Source: Capsulimonadales bacterium (GTDB taxonomy: Bacteria > Armatimonadota > Armatimonadia > Armatimonadales > Armatimonadaceae). From it: 44,563 nt of DNA. Every line of letters starts with the position of its first letter. Position 1 is the stretch's first letter. The notes beneath the pieces are model-generated. The model did not search any database and was not told where the DNA came from. It was given only the letters and a program-made list of their open reading frames with translations. Of this stretch, positions 34,985-44,563 are shown piece after piece. Position numbers and translations under genes: made by a program. The DNA lies in the NCBI GenBank assembly GCA_033762295.1, contig JANRLW010000060.1:1-44563 (forward strand), written 5' to 3'.

Positions 34985-36967
34985 GTGAGGTACTGGATTG
35001 CAATGCTGTTAATTTCGGCGGTTCTGGCGTTGGGTGATCCGAAGGCGGCTTCCGCGCAGGAAAAACCTCTGCTGGCGAACGTGTTTCAGGATAACATGGT
35101 CCTCCAGAGGAATGTGCCCGCACCGGTCTGGGGATGGGCGTCGCCCGGAACGCAGGTCACGGTCGAGGTCGCGGGGAAGCGGGCGTCCGGTGTCGCCGAT
35201 GCCACGGGCCGTTGGATGGCGAAACTGCCGCCGTTGCCGGTCGGAGGCCCCTATTCTTTGAAAGTGACTGGGCCGGAAACGCGCGAACTGACCAATATCC
35301 TGGTCGGCGATGTCTGGGTCTGTTCGGGACAGTCCAATATGGAGCAGGGAGTCGCGATCTCGGCCGATCCCGAAAAGGAGATTGCCGCCGCCGATTATCC
35401 GCAGATTCGCCTGCTGACCGTCGCCCATCAGGTGGCGCTGTCGCCGCAGGATACGTTCGTCGGCCGGTGGGCGGTCTGTTCTCCGAAAACGATTGCATCG
35501 GGCGGCTGGGGCGGGTTCTCAGCGACCGCTTACTACTTCGGTCGGGAACTGAACACCCGGCTGAAAATACCGATCGGTCTGATCCACACCTCCTGGGGAG
35601 GGACGATTGCCGAGGCCTGGACCAGCGAGGAGGCTTTGAACGGTCTGGAGGATTTCCGTCCGCGGGTCGCTCAGGTGGTCGCCGAGCGGGCGAACCGGAC
35701 CACCCCGGAGGAGTTCCGGAAACAGGTGGCCGATTGGTGGGCCAGGAACGATCCCGGAATGAAGGGCGACTGGCGGAATCCGGAGACCGCGGACGCCGAC
35801 TGGAAGACGATGGCGCTTCCCGGTCCCTGGGAGGACCGGGGTCTGCCCGGTTTCGACGGAATCGTCTGGTTCCGGCGGACGGTGGAGGTTCCGGGCGACG
35901 TCGCCGGGAAGGAGGCGGTTCTGCGGCTGGGACCGATCGACGACCGGGATGTAACGTTCGTCAACGGCGTTCGGGTAGGAAGCACCGACCTGTACAATAT
36001 CGACCGTGAGTATAAGATACCGGCGGGAACGCTAAAGCCGGGGCGCAATGTGATCGCCGTCAGCGTGCTGGACACCGGAGGGGCGGGCGGTCTGGTCGGG
36101 ATGCCGGAGAACCTGTCCCTGTCCTTTGGCGGCGATTCGACGATTTCGCTCGCGGGAGACTGGAAGTATCAGGTGGGGGAGGAGTTGAAGAAACTCCCGC
36201 CGTTGCCGGCCCGGATCGGCGGCGAGGACCCCAACGTTTCCACGGTGCTGTACAACGGGATGGTCGCGCCGTTGATTCCGCTGGCGATCAAGGGGGCGAT
36301 CTGGTACCAGGGCGAGAGCAACGCCGGTCGGGCGTTTCAGTACCGTTCCCTGTTACCGACGTTGATCCGTGACTGGCGTCGTCGGTTCGGCGTCGGCGAG
36401 TTCCCGTTCTACATCGTGCAGCTGGCGAACTGGCAGGCGCGACAGACTCAGCCGGGGGACGACGCCTGGGCCGAACTGCGGGAAGCGCAGGCGATGACCG
36501 CCCGGACGGTCGGCAACTCCGGGATGGCGGTCACCATCGACATCGGGGAGGCGGAGGATATACATCCGAAGAACAAGCAGGATGTCGGCAAGCGTCTGGC
36601 GCTCCAGGCGTTGAAAAAGACGTACGGTCAAAAAAATCTCGTCGCCTCCGGACCAGTTTACACGGGCATGACGAAAGCGAACGGGGAGATTCGTCTGAAG
36701 TTTGACGAGGTGGGCGGCGGTTTGATCGTCCGGGGTGGCGCACTCGAGGGGTTCGCCATCGCCGGACAGGACCGCCGTTGGGTCTGGGCGGAAGCCCGGA
36801 TCGATGGTCGGGACGTGGTGGTCTCCTCGTCGAAGGTGCCGGAGCCGGTGGCGGTCCGATACGCCTGGGGGATCAATCCGCTCGGAAACCTGTTCAATGC
36901 GGAAGGATTGCCGGCGTCTCCCTTCCGTACGGATGACTGGCCGGGCATCACCGTCAACAACCGGTGA
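34985..36967 (+). CDS. Secreted sialate O-acetylesterase (SGNH) with inserted sugar-binding domain
   Basis: Signal peptide; GDVWVCSGQSNM, WGGT, WYQGESN, DIHPKNK, PASPFRTD; start codon approximate. Confidence 0.92.
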   Translation: MRYWIAMLLISAVLALGDPKAASAQEKPLLANVFQDNMVLQRNVPAPVWGWASPGTQVTVEVAGKRASGVADATGRWMAKLPPLPVGGPYSLKVTGPETRELTNILVGDVWVCSGQSNMEQGVAISADPEKEIAAADYPQIRLLTVAHQVALSPQDTFVGRWAVCSPKTIASGGWGGFSATAYYFGRELNTRLKIPIGLIHTSWGGTIAEAWTSEEALNGLEDFRPRVAQVVAERANRTTPEEFRKQVADWWARNDPGMKGDWRNPETADADWKTMALPGPWEDRGLPGFDGIVWFRRTVEVPGDVAGKEAVLRLGPIDDRDVTFVNGVRVGSTDLYNIDREYKIPAGTLKPGRNVIAVSVLDTGGAGGLVGMPENLSLSFGGDSTISLAGDWKYQVGEELKKLPPLPARIGGEDPNVSTVLYNGMVAPLIPLAIKGAIWYQGESNAGRAFQYRSLLPTLIRDWRRRFGVGEFPFYIVQLANWQARQTQPGDDAWAELREAQAMTARTVGNSGMAVTIDIGEAEDIHPKNKQDVGKRLALQALKKTYGQKNLVASGPVYTGMTKANGEIRLKFDEVGGGLIVRGGALEGFAIAGQDRRWVWAEARIDGRDVVVSSSKVPEPVAVRYAWGINPLGNLFNAEGLPASPFRTDDWPGITVNNR

Positions 36968-36990
36968 TGCCCCGGGGCAACGGAACGTCC

Positions 36991-37896
36991 TTATTCCGGG
37001 AGCCGGAGGGTCAGCCCTTCGTAGGCGACGGTACAGCGGATATCGGGGGCGTTCTCCGCGAACCAGCGGTTACATTCCGCCTGAATGGCGTCCAGTTCGT
37101 CGTCCGTCCGATCGGGATCGTGATGGAAGAGAACGAGATGGCGTACCCGGGCGGCGCGGGCCAGTTCGCGTACCTGGGAAACGAGACTATGTCCCCATCC
37201 CCATTTTCCGGGCATATCCGCCTCGGTAAACTGGGCGTCGTGGATCAGGACGTCGGCTTCCCGGCAGAACTCCGTTAGTTCCTCGAAGGAGACCTGACGG
37301 TTTTCGGGGGGCGATACCTCGTTATCGGGTATGTAAACGATGTGGCAGACGGGCAACTCGGCCCGGAAACCGTACGTCTCGCCCGGATGGTTGACGCGGA
37401 TTCGGCGGATTCGATAGCCTTTGGCCTCATGTTCGGCGATCCGCTCCGGCGTATGGGTGAGGAGACGCGACCGCAGCGCGTCCAGACGGATCGGGAAGCG
37501 AGTGCCGTCCATCTGGTCGAGGAGAAGTTGAAAAAGCCCGTGTTCCCGTTCGTTGCGCGACAGGTAGATGTTGCGGTCCTGCTGGCGAAGCGGGGCGAAG
37601 AACGGAAAACCCTGAATATGGTCCCAGTGCGTATGGGTGAGCAGGAGAAGGATATCCTGATGACCGTTGATCAACTCGTCGCCGAGAAGGCGAATGCCGG
37701 TTCCGGCATCGAAGATGCCGACCGTCGGCGTTCCGTCCGAGTAGTTTCCTTCGACGCTCACACAGGACGTATTGCCGCCATAGCGGACGGTATGCGGTCC
37801 GGGAGAAGGGATCGAACCGCGCACTCCCCAGAAGCGTACGGTAAAGGTCGGCGCGGCCGGGTTCTTGATCTTTGAGTTCGACTCCGTAAATTCCAT
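36991..37896 (-). CDS. MBL-fold metallo-hydrolase (cyclic-nucleotide phosphodiesterase-like)
   Basis: FWGVRGSIPSPG...YGGNTSCV, DAGTG, THTHWDHIQG, HDAQF, WGHS, FHHDP. Confidence 0.9.
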   Translation of the reverse strand: MEFTESNSKIKNPAAPTFTVRFWGVRGSIPSPGPHTVRYGGNTSCVSVEGNYSDGTPTVGIFDAGTGIRLLGDELINGHQDILLLLTHTHWDHIQGFPFFAPLRQQDRNIYLSRNEREHGLFQLLLDQMDGTRFPIRLDALRSRLLTHTPERIAEHEAKGYRIRRIRVNHPGETYGFRAELPVCHIVYIPDNEVSPPENRQVSFEELTEFCREADVLIHDAQFTEADMPGKWGWGHSLVSQVRELARAARVRHLVLFHHDPDRTDDELDAIQAECNRWFAENAPDIRCTVAYEGLTLRLPE

Positions 37897-38136
37897 AACA
37901 GCCTGAATTTCCTCGATTGGATGAACACGTTTTTCCCAGGGACCATGGCATACCGTCAATGAAACACGAACGATAGTATCGATTGCCTGCATTGTAGCCC
38001 AACCTTGGCGAAACGGGAAAGGTTGGTAGCATTAATTGTAGCGGACTTTCAATTTGGACGAAATCGTTAAATACTGTTAAAATTTATATGATTGTTTAAG
38101 GAAATGTCAAAAAATATGCCTATAATGGAGATTGCT

Positions 38137-38976
38137 ATGCTACCTCAACCAATACAGTACGAACCACTGTTGCGAATGGCTCTGGCCGAGGATATCGGTG
38201 CGGGGGATCTGACAACCCTGCTGACGGTGCCGCCGGATACCGGAGCGGAAGGTCTGCTGCTGGCGAAAGCGGACGGCATCATTGCCGGTCTGCCGATCGC
38301 CGCACATACGTTCGTTCTGATCGAGAATACGGCGGAAGTGACGCTTTCGGTTTCCGACGGAGACCGGATTTCCGCCGGAACCGTTCTGGGTCGTGTGCGG
38401 GGACCGGCGCGCGGCCTGCTGACGGCGGAGCGGGTCGCCCTGAACCTGTTGCAGCGTTTGAGCGGTATAGCCACCCTGACCGGGAAGTTTGTTGAGGCGA
38501 TCGAGGGAACGCCCGCTCGTATCGTCGATACGCGAAAAACGACGCCGGGTCTGCGCCTCCTGGAAAAGTATGCGGTGCGCGTCGGCGGCGGCTATAACCA
38601 TCGTTTCGGGCTGTCGGACGGCATTTTGATCAAGGACAACCATCTGGCGGCGGGCGGGGGCGTCCGTGCCGCCGTGGAACGCGCCCGGCGGAACGCCCCG
38701 CACACCCTGAAAATCGAAGTCGAGTGCAAAACTCTGGCCCAGGTGGATGAAGCGATCGACGTACGCGCCGATGTGATTCTGCTCGATAATATGTCGCTGG
38801 CCGACCTGCGAACGGCGACGGAGCGCATCGCGGGACGAGCGATCACGGAGGCGTCCGGCGGCGTCCGGCTCGAAACCGTGGCCGATATCGCACGGACGGG
38901 CGTCAATCTGATCTCGGTCGGCGCATTGACTCACTCCGCCCCTGCGCTCGATATCTCGCTGGATTTTTCGGTATAA
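38137..38976 (+). CDS. nadC: Nicotinate-nucleotide pyrophosphorylase (carboxylating) / quinolinate phosphoribosyltransferase
   Basis: ALAEDIGAGDLTT, ERVALN, DTRKTTPGLR, NHRFGLSDGILIKDNH, IEVE, LLDNM, EASGG. Confidence 0.97.
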   Translation: MLPQPIQYEPLLRMALAEDIGAGDLTTLLTVPPDTGAEGLLLAKADGIIAGLPIAAHTFVLIENTAEVTLSVSDGDRISAGTVLGRVRGPARGLLTAERVALNLLQRLSGIATLTGKFVEAIEGTPARIVDTRKTTPGLRLLEKYAVRVGGGYNHRFGLSDGILIKDNHLAAGGGVRAAVERARRNAPHTLKIEVECKTLAQVDEAIDVRADVILLDNMSLADLRTATERIAGRAITEASGGVRLETVADIARTGVNLISVGALTHSAPALDISLDFSV

Positions 38977-38991
38977 GGAGAAGCTGGTAAC

Positions 38992-39783
38992 GTGGCCGGA
39001 TCGCCGTCTGACTCCTCCCTCCCTTCGTCCGCCGAACCGCTTCCGTTGTTCGGCACGAGGATTTATCGGTACGATGTCATTACTTCGACGCAGGACCGGG
39101 CGCGTGAATGGATCGAAAAGGGAGCCGAACCGGGAACCGTCGTTACCGCTCGGGCGATGACGGCGGGAAGAGGGCGTCTCGGACGGGTCTGGCACGCGCC
39201 GGCGTCCGCCAATTTGAACCTGACGGCGATCGGCCCGCCGGTGCCGCCCGACTCCCTCTGGCAGATTCCGCTGGTGATGGGAAGGGCCGTCGCCGATGCG
39301 ATCCGGGATGTTCTCCCGGAGCAGCGTGTCGGACTCCGTTTCCCGAACGATATCGTTTTTCTGGGGCGCAAAGTGGCAGGAATCCTGGTGGAAACCGCCG
39401 TATCGCCCCGTTCCGGGGATCGGCTGCCGATGATTGGCATCGGGATCAACGTGCGGTCCGCATCGCTGCCTCCGGAAATCGCCGAACGCGCCATCGCTCT
39501 GGAGGAGATCGGCGGGGCGGTGACGGTCGAAGCGGTGGAACGAGCGACGCTGGAGAGAATGACCCGCTGCTGGTCGGAGTGGCAACAAGAGGGGGTCGAG
39601 GAGATGCTGATCAACTATCATGCGTATCTCGATCCGACCGCCCGGCGAAATTTCGTCGTGGACGGAAGGAATTTGCCCTGCCGACTGGTTCGTGTCTTCG
39701 CCAACGGGGCGGTCGTGATCGAAACGGAGGAAGGCGTTCAGCGAGCCTTCCATGCGGCGCAGGTCGTGCCGGGCGACGACTGA
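38992..39783 (+). CDS. birA: Biotin-[acetyl-CoA-carboxylase] ligase (no N-terminal HTH)
   Basis: TSTQ, TAGRGRLGRVW, FPNDI, KVAGILVE, GIGINV. Confidence 0.9.
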   Translation: MAGSPSDSSLPSSAEPLPLFGTRIYRYDVITSTQDRAREWIEKGAEPGTVVTARAMTAGRGRLGRVWHAPASANLNLTAIGPPVPPDSLWQIPLVMGRAVADAIRDVLPEQRVGLRFPNDIVFLGRKVAGILVETAVSPRSGDRLPMIGIGINVRSASLPPEIAERAIALEEIGGAVTVEAVERATLERMTRCWSEWQQEGVEEMLINYHAYLDPTARRNFVVDGRNLPCRLVRVFANGAVVIETEEGVQRAFHAAQVVPGDD

Positions 39784-39791
39784 TCGCGACG

Positions 39792-40496
39792 TTACGGTTT
39801 GGGTTTCGTCTTGCGGCCGGTCGCGGAACCGGCCGGTCGGGTCCGGGAGGCCGGCCTGGTTGTCGGGACGGCTGTCTCGACGGGGACGGAAGCGCCGGTA
39901 AACCGGCGGATGACGCCGCCCACCACCTTCATGTCCGGATAGCCGACCGTTCGCGCCACCGTCACCTTATCTCTCTGCCGTATCACGACCGCGATCCCCT
40001 GTGGCTGGTCGAAACCGACGATCAGTACCGCGTCCTGGCCGGCATTGTAAAACAGACGGCGACCTCCCTCGGCGCGGAACGCCCTTTCGTAGAAGGCGGG
40101 GGCGTCGTCGCTCACTTCCTTGATCTCGCCGGATTCCGCGTTCTCGGGCAGGGAGTAGACGACCAGGTGCAGGTGGCGTACGTTGCGCAGGAGCGTCGCC
40201 AGTCGGTCGCTTCCGCCGGGTCCGAAAAGCAGGTCGAGCGGGGTGGGACCGGAGGCGGTTTCCGCGCCGGTTTTACCGTCGGTCGTAGTCATGCCGTTAA
40301 TCAGATCCTTGACCATCCCGAGCAGATCGTTCTCTCTGCCGTCAAATTCGGTGTTGATTTTCGCGCCGTTCGGAACGGCGATCGGAAGCGAGGACGGCGG
40401 CGGGTTTTGCGCCCGAGCGACGGAGAGCGACATCAGAGCGATCGAACAGACCGCGAGCGACGTGAAGGATACGGAACGGAAACGTCCGGGTGCCAT
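39792..40496 (-). CDS. Secreted hypothetical protein
   Basis: AGGAG RBS before ATG 40496; signal peptide ending ARA-Q; basic low-complexity tail. Confidence 0.7.
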   Translation of the reverse strand: MAPGRFRSVSFTSLAVCSIALMSLSVARAQNPPPSSLPIAVPNGAKINTEFDGRENDLLGMVKDLINGMTTTDGKTGAETASGPTPLDLLFGPGGSDRLATLLRNVRHLHLVVYSLPENAESGEIKEVSDDAPAFYERAFRAEGGRRLFYNAGQDAVLIVGFDQPQGIAVVIRQRDKVTVARTVGYPDMKVVGGVIRRFTGASVPVETAVPTTRPASRTRPAGSATGRKTKPKP

Positions 40497-40544
40497 GCGG
40501 GTTCTCCTGATGACCGAGGTGTGAAAGCGGGCTTTCCGTTCTTT

Positions 40545-40573
40545 CTGACGGCACGGCGGATAGGGGGGTTGCA
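40545..40573 (-). promoter_or_regulatory. Putative ECF-sigma promoter
   Basis: Minus strand TGCAAC-N17-CGTCAG about 50 bp upstream of ATG 40496. Confidence 0.45.
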
Positions 40574-40653
40574 CGTAATTCCCGGCAAGGGGTCGGCAGC
40601 CCGACGTCGAAAGGATATACTGCAGTTAATCCATAGATTCATTGAGGTTTCAG

Positions 40654-41706
40654 GTGAATTTCGAGTTATTACGTCGTCTCTGTGAAACGCCGGGAGTGCC
40701 GTCGCGCGAGGAACATATCCGGCGCGTGGTGATGGAGGAGATGCAACCCTACGTGCACGAGGTGATCGTGGACACGATGGGGAATGTTATCGGGCACAAA
40801 AAGGGCATGGACGGTCCGGTCGTGATGCTGGCCGCCCATATGGACGAAATCGGCTTTATTGTCAAGCATATTGATGATCGGGGATTCCTGCGCTTGCACC
40901 CCCTCGGCGGATTCGACCCGCGCAACCTGATCGCCCAGCGGGTGCACGTTCACGGGTTTGGCGGCGACCGTATGACCGGCGTGTTGCAGCCGGGGACGAA
41001 GCCGGTGCATATGCAGGCGGACGACGAAAAGGGAAAGCCGTTTCGTCTGCACGACCTGTTTGTCGATCTGGGGATGTCCGGCGATCAGGTTCGTGCGCGG
41101 GTGGAGATCGGCGATCCGGTGACGATGGCGCGCGAGACGGAGATCGTCGGTTCGACCGTCGTTTCCAAGGCGCTCGACAACCGGGTCTCGCTGTACGTGA
41201 TGATCGAGGCTCTGCGCCTCTTGGGAGCCCACCAGTGTGAGATCTATGCGGTGGCGACGACCCAGGAAGAGGTCGGTCTGCGCGGCGCGATCACGTCGGC
41301 GTACCATCTTCAGCCGGACGTCGGAATCGCGATCGACATCACCGTGGCCAATGATTTTCCCGGACCATCGGAAACGGACCGGGTCACCGAACTCGGCAAG
41401 GGCCCCGCACTGAAGATCGTGGACAGCTCGACGATCAGCCATCCGAAAGTCGTCCGTCATTTCCGGGATGTCGCTTCCATGCATGAGATCCCGTACCAGC
41501 TGGAAGTCCTGCCGATGGGCGGCACGGATGCCGGGGGGATTCAGCGGTCCCGTCAGGGCGTCCCCGCGTTCACGCTGTCGATTCCGACCCGCTACGTCCA
41601 CACGGTCAACGAGATGGCCAGCATCGCCGATATCGATTGCGCCGTCACTCTGCTCCAGCAGTATCTGGAAGAGATGCACGTTCGCCCCTACCGCTTCGAT
41701 ATCTAG
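40654..41706 (+). CDS. M42 family (TET/glutamyl) aminopeptidase
   Basis: AHMDEIG, KALDNR, QEEVGLRGA, IDIT, GGTDAG, RYVH; GTG start with GAGG RBS. Confidence 0.95.
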   Translation: MNFELLRRLCETPGVPSREEHIRRVVMEEMQPYVHEVIVDTMGNVIGHKKGMDGPVVMLAAHMDEIGFIVKHIDDRGFLRLHPLGGFDPRNLIAQRVHVHGFGGDRMTGVLQPGTKPVHMQADDEKGKPFRLHDLFVDLGMSGDQVRARVEIGDPVTMARETEIVGSTVVSKALDNRVSLYVMIEALRLLGAHQCEIYAVATTQEEVGLRGAITSAYHLQPDVGIAIDITVANDFPGPSETDRVTELGKGPALKIVDSSTISHPKVVRHFRDVASMHEIPYQLEVLPMGGTDAGGIQRSRQGVPAFTLSIPTRYVHTVNEMASIADIDCAVTLLQQYLEEMHVRPYRFDI

Positions 41707-41813
41707 CCCGCCGATCGGGATTCCGTCCGCGAAAAAACCGTGAGAAGCGGAAGACCCGCCCGGAACCACCTCAATACGGGTATAACACCGGTAGAAAAAT
41801 CGAGGAGTCGTCC

Positions 41814-42731
41814 GTGCGGGTCATTCATGAGATCGGGGAGTGCGTCAGCGTCGAAATAGACGGCGTCGAGCGATTACGTTACCGTTATCCGGTGGCCGGC
41901 CGCGCCGACCGTTCCTTGCCCCGTCCGTTCTTCTCTCCGATCCGGACCCCCGACGGTATCGAGATCACCGCGCATTCCCCCGTCGATCACTTCTGGCATC
42001 GCGGACTCTGGTTTACTTATAAATATGTCAACCGGGTGAACTACTGGGAGGAGAACCAGGAGATCGTCGGGCGACAGGTCGTACCCGAATCGGCGATGCT
42101 CACGACCGACATCGATCCGGGGCGTTCCCGGGTTCGCTGGGCGCATCCACTTTCCTGGATCGACGCGCGCGACGGGCAAACGATCGAGCGGCTCCGCGAG
42201 GATCGCGAGATCACGGTCGAGTCGCTGTCCGACGGCGCGCTGGTGCTGACACTGCGGAGCGCCGTCACCCCGGCGGAGGAAACGACGCTCGATCGGACCC
42301 CGTTTTCGACCTGGGGCGGTTATGGCGGGCTGTATGTGCGGATGACGCAGGCGTTGCAAAAACAGCGTCTGGTCCTGGCCGGGGAAACGCCGACGGAGTC
42401 GCCACGCTTCGAGGCCGCCGCGGTCGGCAGTCGCCACCGCTGGGCGGGAATCGAGGGCCGTCTCGATACCGATGCGGATATCGGCGAACGCTGGGCGGCG
42501 TTCGTTTTTCTTCCGTCGACGCGCAATCGCCGTTACCCCGAACCCTTTTACGGCGATGCCCGCCCGTTCTATAATTTCTTCGGTCCCGCGCCACTTTTCG
42601 CGGAACCGATTGTCCTCACAGCGGGCGAGACGTTCGTATATGAGGTTCGGACGCTGATCCTGCCGCGACGGATCGATATCGAAGAGGTCGAACGCCATTT
42701 TGAGACCTGGAACGGGACGCAGACCCCGTAG
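41814..42731 (+). CDS. PmoA-like / DUF6807 family protein
   Basis: RPFFSPIRTPDG...PVDHFWHRGLWF, VNYWEE, YGGL; GAGGAG RBS before GTG 41814. Confidence 0.75.
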   Translation: MRVIHEIGECVSVEIDGVERLRYRYPVAGRADRSLPRPFFSPIRTPDGIEITAHSPVDHFWHRGLWFTYKYVNRVNYWEENQEIVGRQVVPESAMLTTDIDPGRSRVRWAHPLSWIDARDGQTIERLREDREITVESLSDGALVLTLRSAVTPAEETTLDRTPFSTWGGYGGLYVRMTQALQKQRLVLAGETPTESPRFEAAAVGSRHRWAGIEGRLDTDADIGERWAAFVFLPSTRNRRYPEPFYGDARPFYNFFGPAPLFAEPIVLTAGETFVYEVRTLILPRRIDIEEVERHFETWNGTQTP

Positions 42732-42764
42732 AATATCTTCTTCGGAAGAGGAGTCGATTGAACC

Positions 42765-43853
42765 ATGAGCAAGGAAACCGGAAATAGGGAGGGGAGCAAC
42801 CCCCTCGGCAATATCGTCAAGGGACTGCTGATCGCCGGAACGGCGGTCGGCGTGACCGCCCTGGCCAACGCCTATGTCTTTTATCGAACGCCGCCCCTGA
42901 CCTCGCCGTTTCCGGGTGGCGAGGTTCGGTATTTTCCGACACCGGACGGCGATATCTTCTACAAGAAGATGGGGGAAGGCCCCCCGCTGCTGTTGATCCA
43001 TGGGATCGGAGCGGGCTGTTCCTCCTTTGAATGGCGTCATGTGTGGGAACCGCTGGCCGAGGGGCACACGGTGTACGCTCTTGACCTGCCCGGTTTCGGG
43101 AAGTCCGATAAACCGGCGATCGAGTACACCCCCGAACTGTTCATCGGATGGATCGCGGATTTCTGCCGGAATGTCATCAAGGTCGGGGATGGGCGCGGGG
43201 AGTGTGATGTGATCGCGACCTCGCTGTCGGCCGCCTATGTGATTGCGTTGTCTCAGCGGGACCCGTCCCTTTTCCATCGTCTCGTGCTGGTCGCGCCGAC
43301 GGGCATCGAGGAACTGGCGGAGGAGCCGAATGCGGTTTCTGCGGCGGTCCGCGCGACCCTCAAAACTCCGGTGCTGGGGACGGCGTTCTATAACGGCGTC
43401 ACGAGCAAGGGAGGGATCCGTCGGTACCTGACCGATCGTATCTATGCCGATCCCAGTCTGATTACCGACGAGGTGATCGAACGCTACTATGTCGCCTCCC
43501 ATCAACCGGGAGCCGATAACGTTCTCCCGTATTTCGTCTCCGGGTTTCTCAACATCAACATCCGGGAAGCGTTCAAGGGAGTGGTGGACCTGCCGTTGCT
43601 CGTCTGGGGGCGACAGGCGACGGAAACGCCGGTCGGCATGGCGGAGTCCTTCCTGCTGGCAAACGCCAACGCCAAACTCGAGGTCATCGAGGAAGCGGGA
43701 ATGCTGCCGCACGAGGAGCAACCGGAAGCGTTCCTGGCCGCGGTTCGTCCGTTCCTTCTGAGCGCCGGGCCGGAGTCTTCCGACACGACCGAGGTCGAGA
43801 CCGCCGAAACGGGGTCGGAGACCGGAGCCGTCCCGACGGTTGCCGCCACTTAA
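42765..43853 (+). CDS. Membrane-anchored alpha/beta hydrolase fold protein
   Basis: N-terminal TM helix, LLLIHG, ALDLPGFGKSD, ATSLS elbow, LPHEEQPE. Confidence 0.9.
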   Translation: MSKETGNREGSNPLGNIVKGLLIAGTAVGVTALANAYVFYRTPPLTSPFPGGEVRYFPTPDGDIFYKKMGEGPPLLLIHGIGAGCSSFEWRHVWEPLAEGHTVYALDLPGFGKSDKPAIEYTPELFIGWIADFCRNVIKVGDGRGECDVIATSLSAAYVIALSQRDPSLFHRLVLVAPTGIEELAEEPNAVSAAVRATLKTPVLGTAFYNGVTSKGGIRRYLTDRIYADPSLITDEVIERYYVASHQPGADNVLPYFVSGFLNINIREAFKGVVDLPLLVWGRQATETPVGMAESFLLANANAKLEVIEEAGMLPHEEQPEAFLAAVRPFLLSAGPESSDTTEVETAETGSETGAVPTVAAT

Positions 43854-43911
43854 TGGTATCGGGCAACCGCCCGCGAACGGTTGGTCCGGGGCGGTGACGA
43901 AAATTTAACCG

Positions 43912-43951
43912 GAACGACGGGGGCATGTCGCCTCCCGTCGTTCGTTTTTTT
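43912..43951 (+). terminator. Rho-independent terminator
   Basis: GAACGACGGG...CCCGTCGTTC followed by GTTTTTTT. Confidence 0.8.
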
Positions 43952-43995
43952 GACCGTGGTTTGCTGTATAATGGGCCGGTAAAGGTAACACCGAA

Positions 43996-44563
43996 TTGGT
44001 CACCCGGAGCGAACAACCCATATCCCGGTTTCCGGGCATTTCCGGCGCGTTACGAAAAGCGTTGCTGCCGATCCTGCACACCTGCTCCCGCCTGCCGCAG
44101 ACCGCGCCCGAATTCTTTCGCCGGGTTTGGAACGAACAGCGGCACTGGCTCGTGCCGCTGGTGCCGTTTCTCTTTCTGCTCTACCGACCGATCCGCCTCG
44201 CCTGGGGCACCTGGTTCGGCGCGGGTTCCCCTCTGACCATTCAGGCGTTCGTCCCGCTGCTGGCGGTGTATCTGGCCTGGGAGCAGCGGCATACCTATGC
44301 TGCGGCCTACCGGGATTTCCATCTGATGTTGCCGGCGGGCAGCAAGCATCGGCGAGGCACTATCTGGCCGTTGCTGTTCAGTTGTCTGTTGATGCTGGTG
44401 GCGGCCGTGGCGATCGTTCCCTCGCTGATCGTTCTGGCGTTCGTCCTCATGGTCATCAGTGTGATTTATTATGTGTTCGGCTGGTTCGTTCTGCGGATGC
44501 TCTGGGCGCCGCTGACATTTCTTCTGTTGATGACGCCGCCGGGCAACCTGATTTTTCATGTTC
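43996..44563 (+). CDS. Exosortase/archaeosortase-like multi-pass membrane protein, truncated by the window end (absent from the ORF track)
   Basis: Manual translation in the frame of 44050: ...QAFVPLLAVYLAWEQR...FGWFVLRMLWAPLTFLLLMTPP resembles exosortase N-terminal helices. Probable TTG start at 43996. Catalytic residues would lie beyond the window. Confidence 0.6.
   Translation, partial: MVTRSEQPISRFPGISGALRKALLPILHTCSRLPQTAPEFFRRVWNEQRHWLVPLVPFLFLLYRPIRLAWGTWFGAGSPLTIQAFVPLLAVYLAWEQRHTYAAAYRDFHLMLPAGSKHRRGTIWPLLFSCLLMLVAAVAIVPSLIVLAFVLMVISVIYYVFGWFVLRMLWAPLTFLLLMTPPGNLIFHV

Noticed and set aside
37897..38136. AT-rich region upstream of nadC as a possible NAD riboswitch or NadR/NrtR site
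   Set aside because: No recognisable aptamer or clean palindrome; best explained as a divergent promoter region with TATAAT at 38121.
38992..39783. birA variant motif RFPND (usually KWPND) as a pseudogene sign
   Set aside because: The ORF is intact and the GRGR and KxxGILxE catalytic motifs are retained.
41814..42731. 'PmoA' family label as evidence of methane oxidation
   Set aside because: The protein is soluble with no TM helices and there is no pmoB/pmoC; the family name is not functional evidence.

Overview
GC-rich bacterial chromosomal window with about 45 protein-coding genes and no recognisable rRNA, tRNA, CRISPR array, transposase or integrase. Three prepilin-type/DUF1559 (H-X9-DG class) genes with the [29 protein letters not shown] leader, two APEPGSLALL-type PEP-CTERM proteins and a truncated exosortase-like gene point to Armatimonadota (inference). 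Main blocks: (i) a pilin-like gene leading a PhyH dioxygenase and sugar ABC transporter operon (3.5-8.6 kb); (ii) a minus-strand cluster with an Lgt paralogue, two zinc-ribbon membrane proteins, a tetraether-synthase (Tes/GDGT-MAS)-like radical SAM enzyme and a desaturase-like diiron protein (12.4-17.8 kb); (iii) a coupled operon of coiled-coil protein, GT28-like glycosyltransferase, lipoprotein and radical SAM/SPASM enzyme (24.3-28.7 kb); (iv) a region at 28785-32350 with interleaved direct repeats R1-[pilin gene]-R2/R1-[AhpD-like + pilin gene]-R2, i.e. two head-to-tail units with shared ends and different pilin-like cargo; (v) housekeeping and catabolic genes (nadC, birA, M42 peptidase, sialate O-acetylesterase, NDP-sugar synthase). 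All calls come from motif recognition by eye; no database searches were run.
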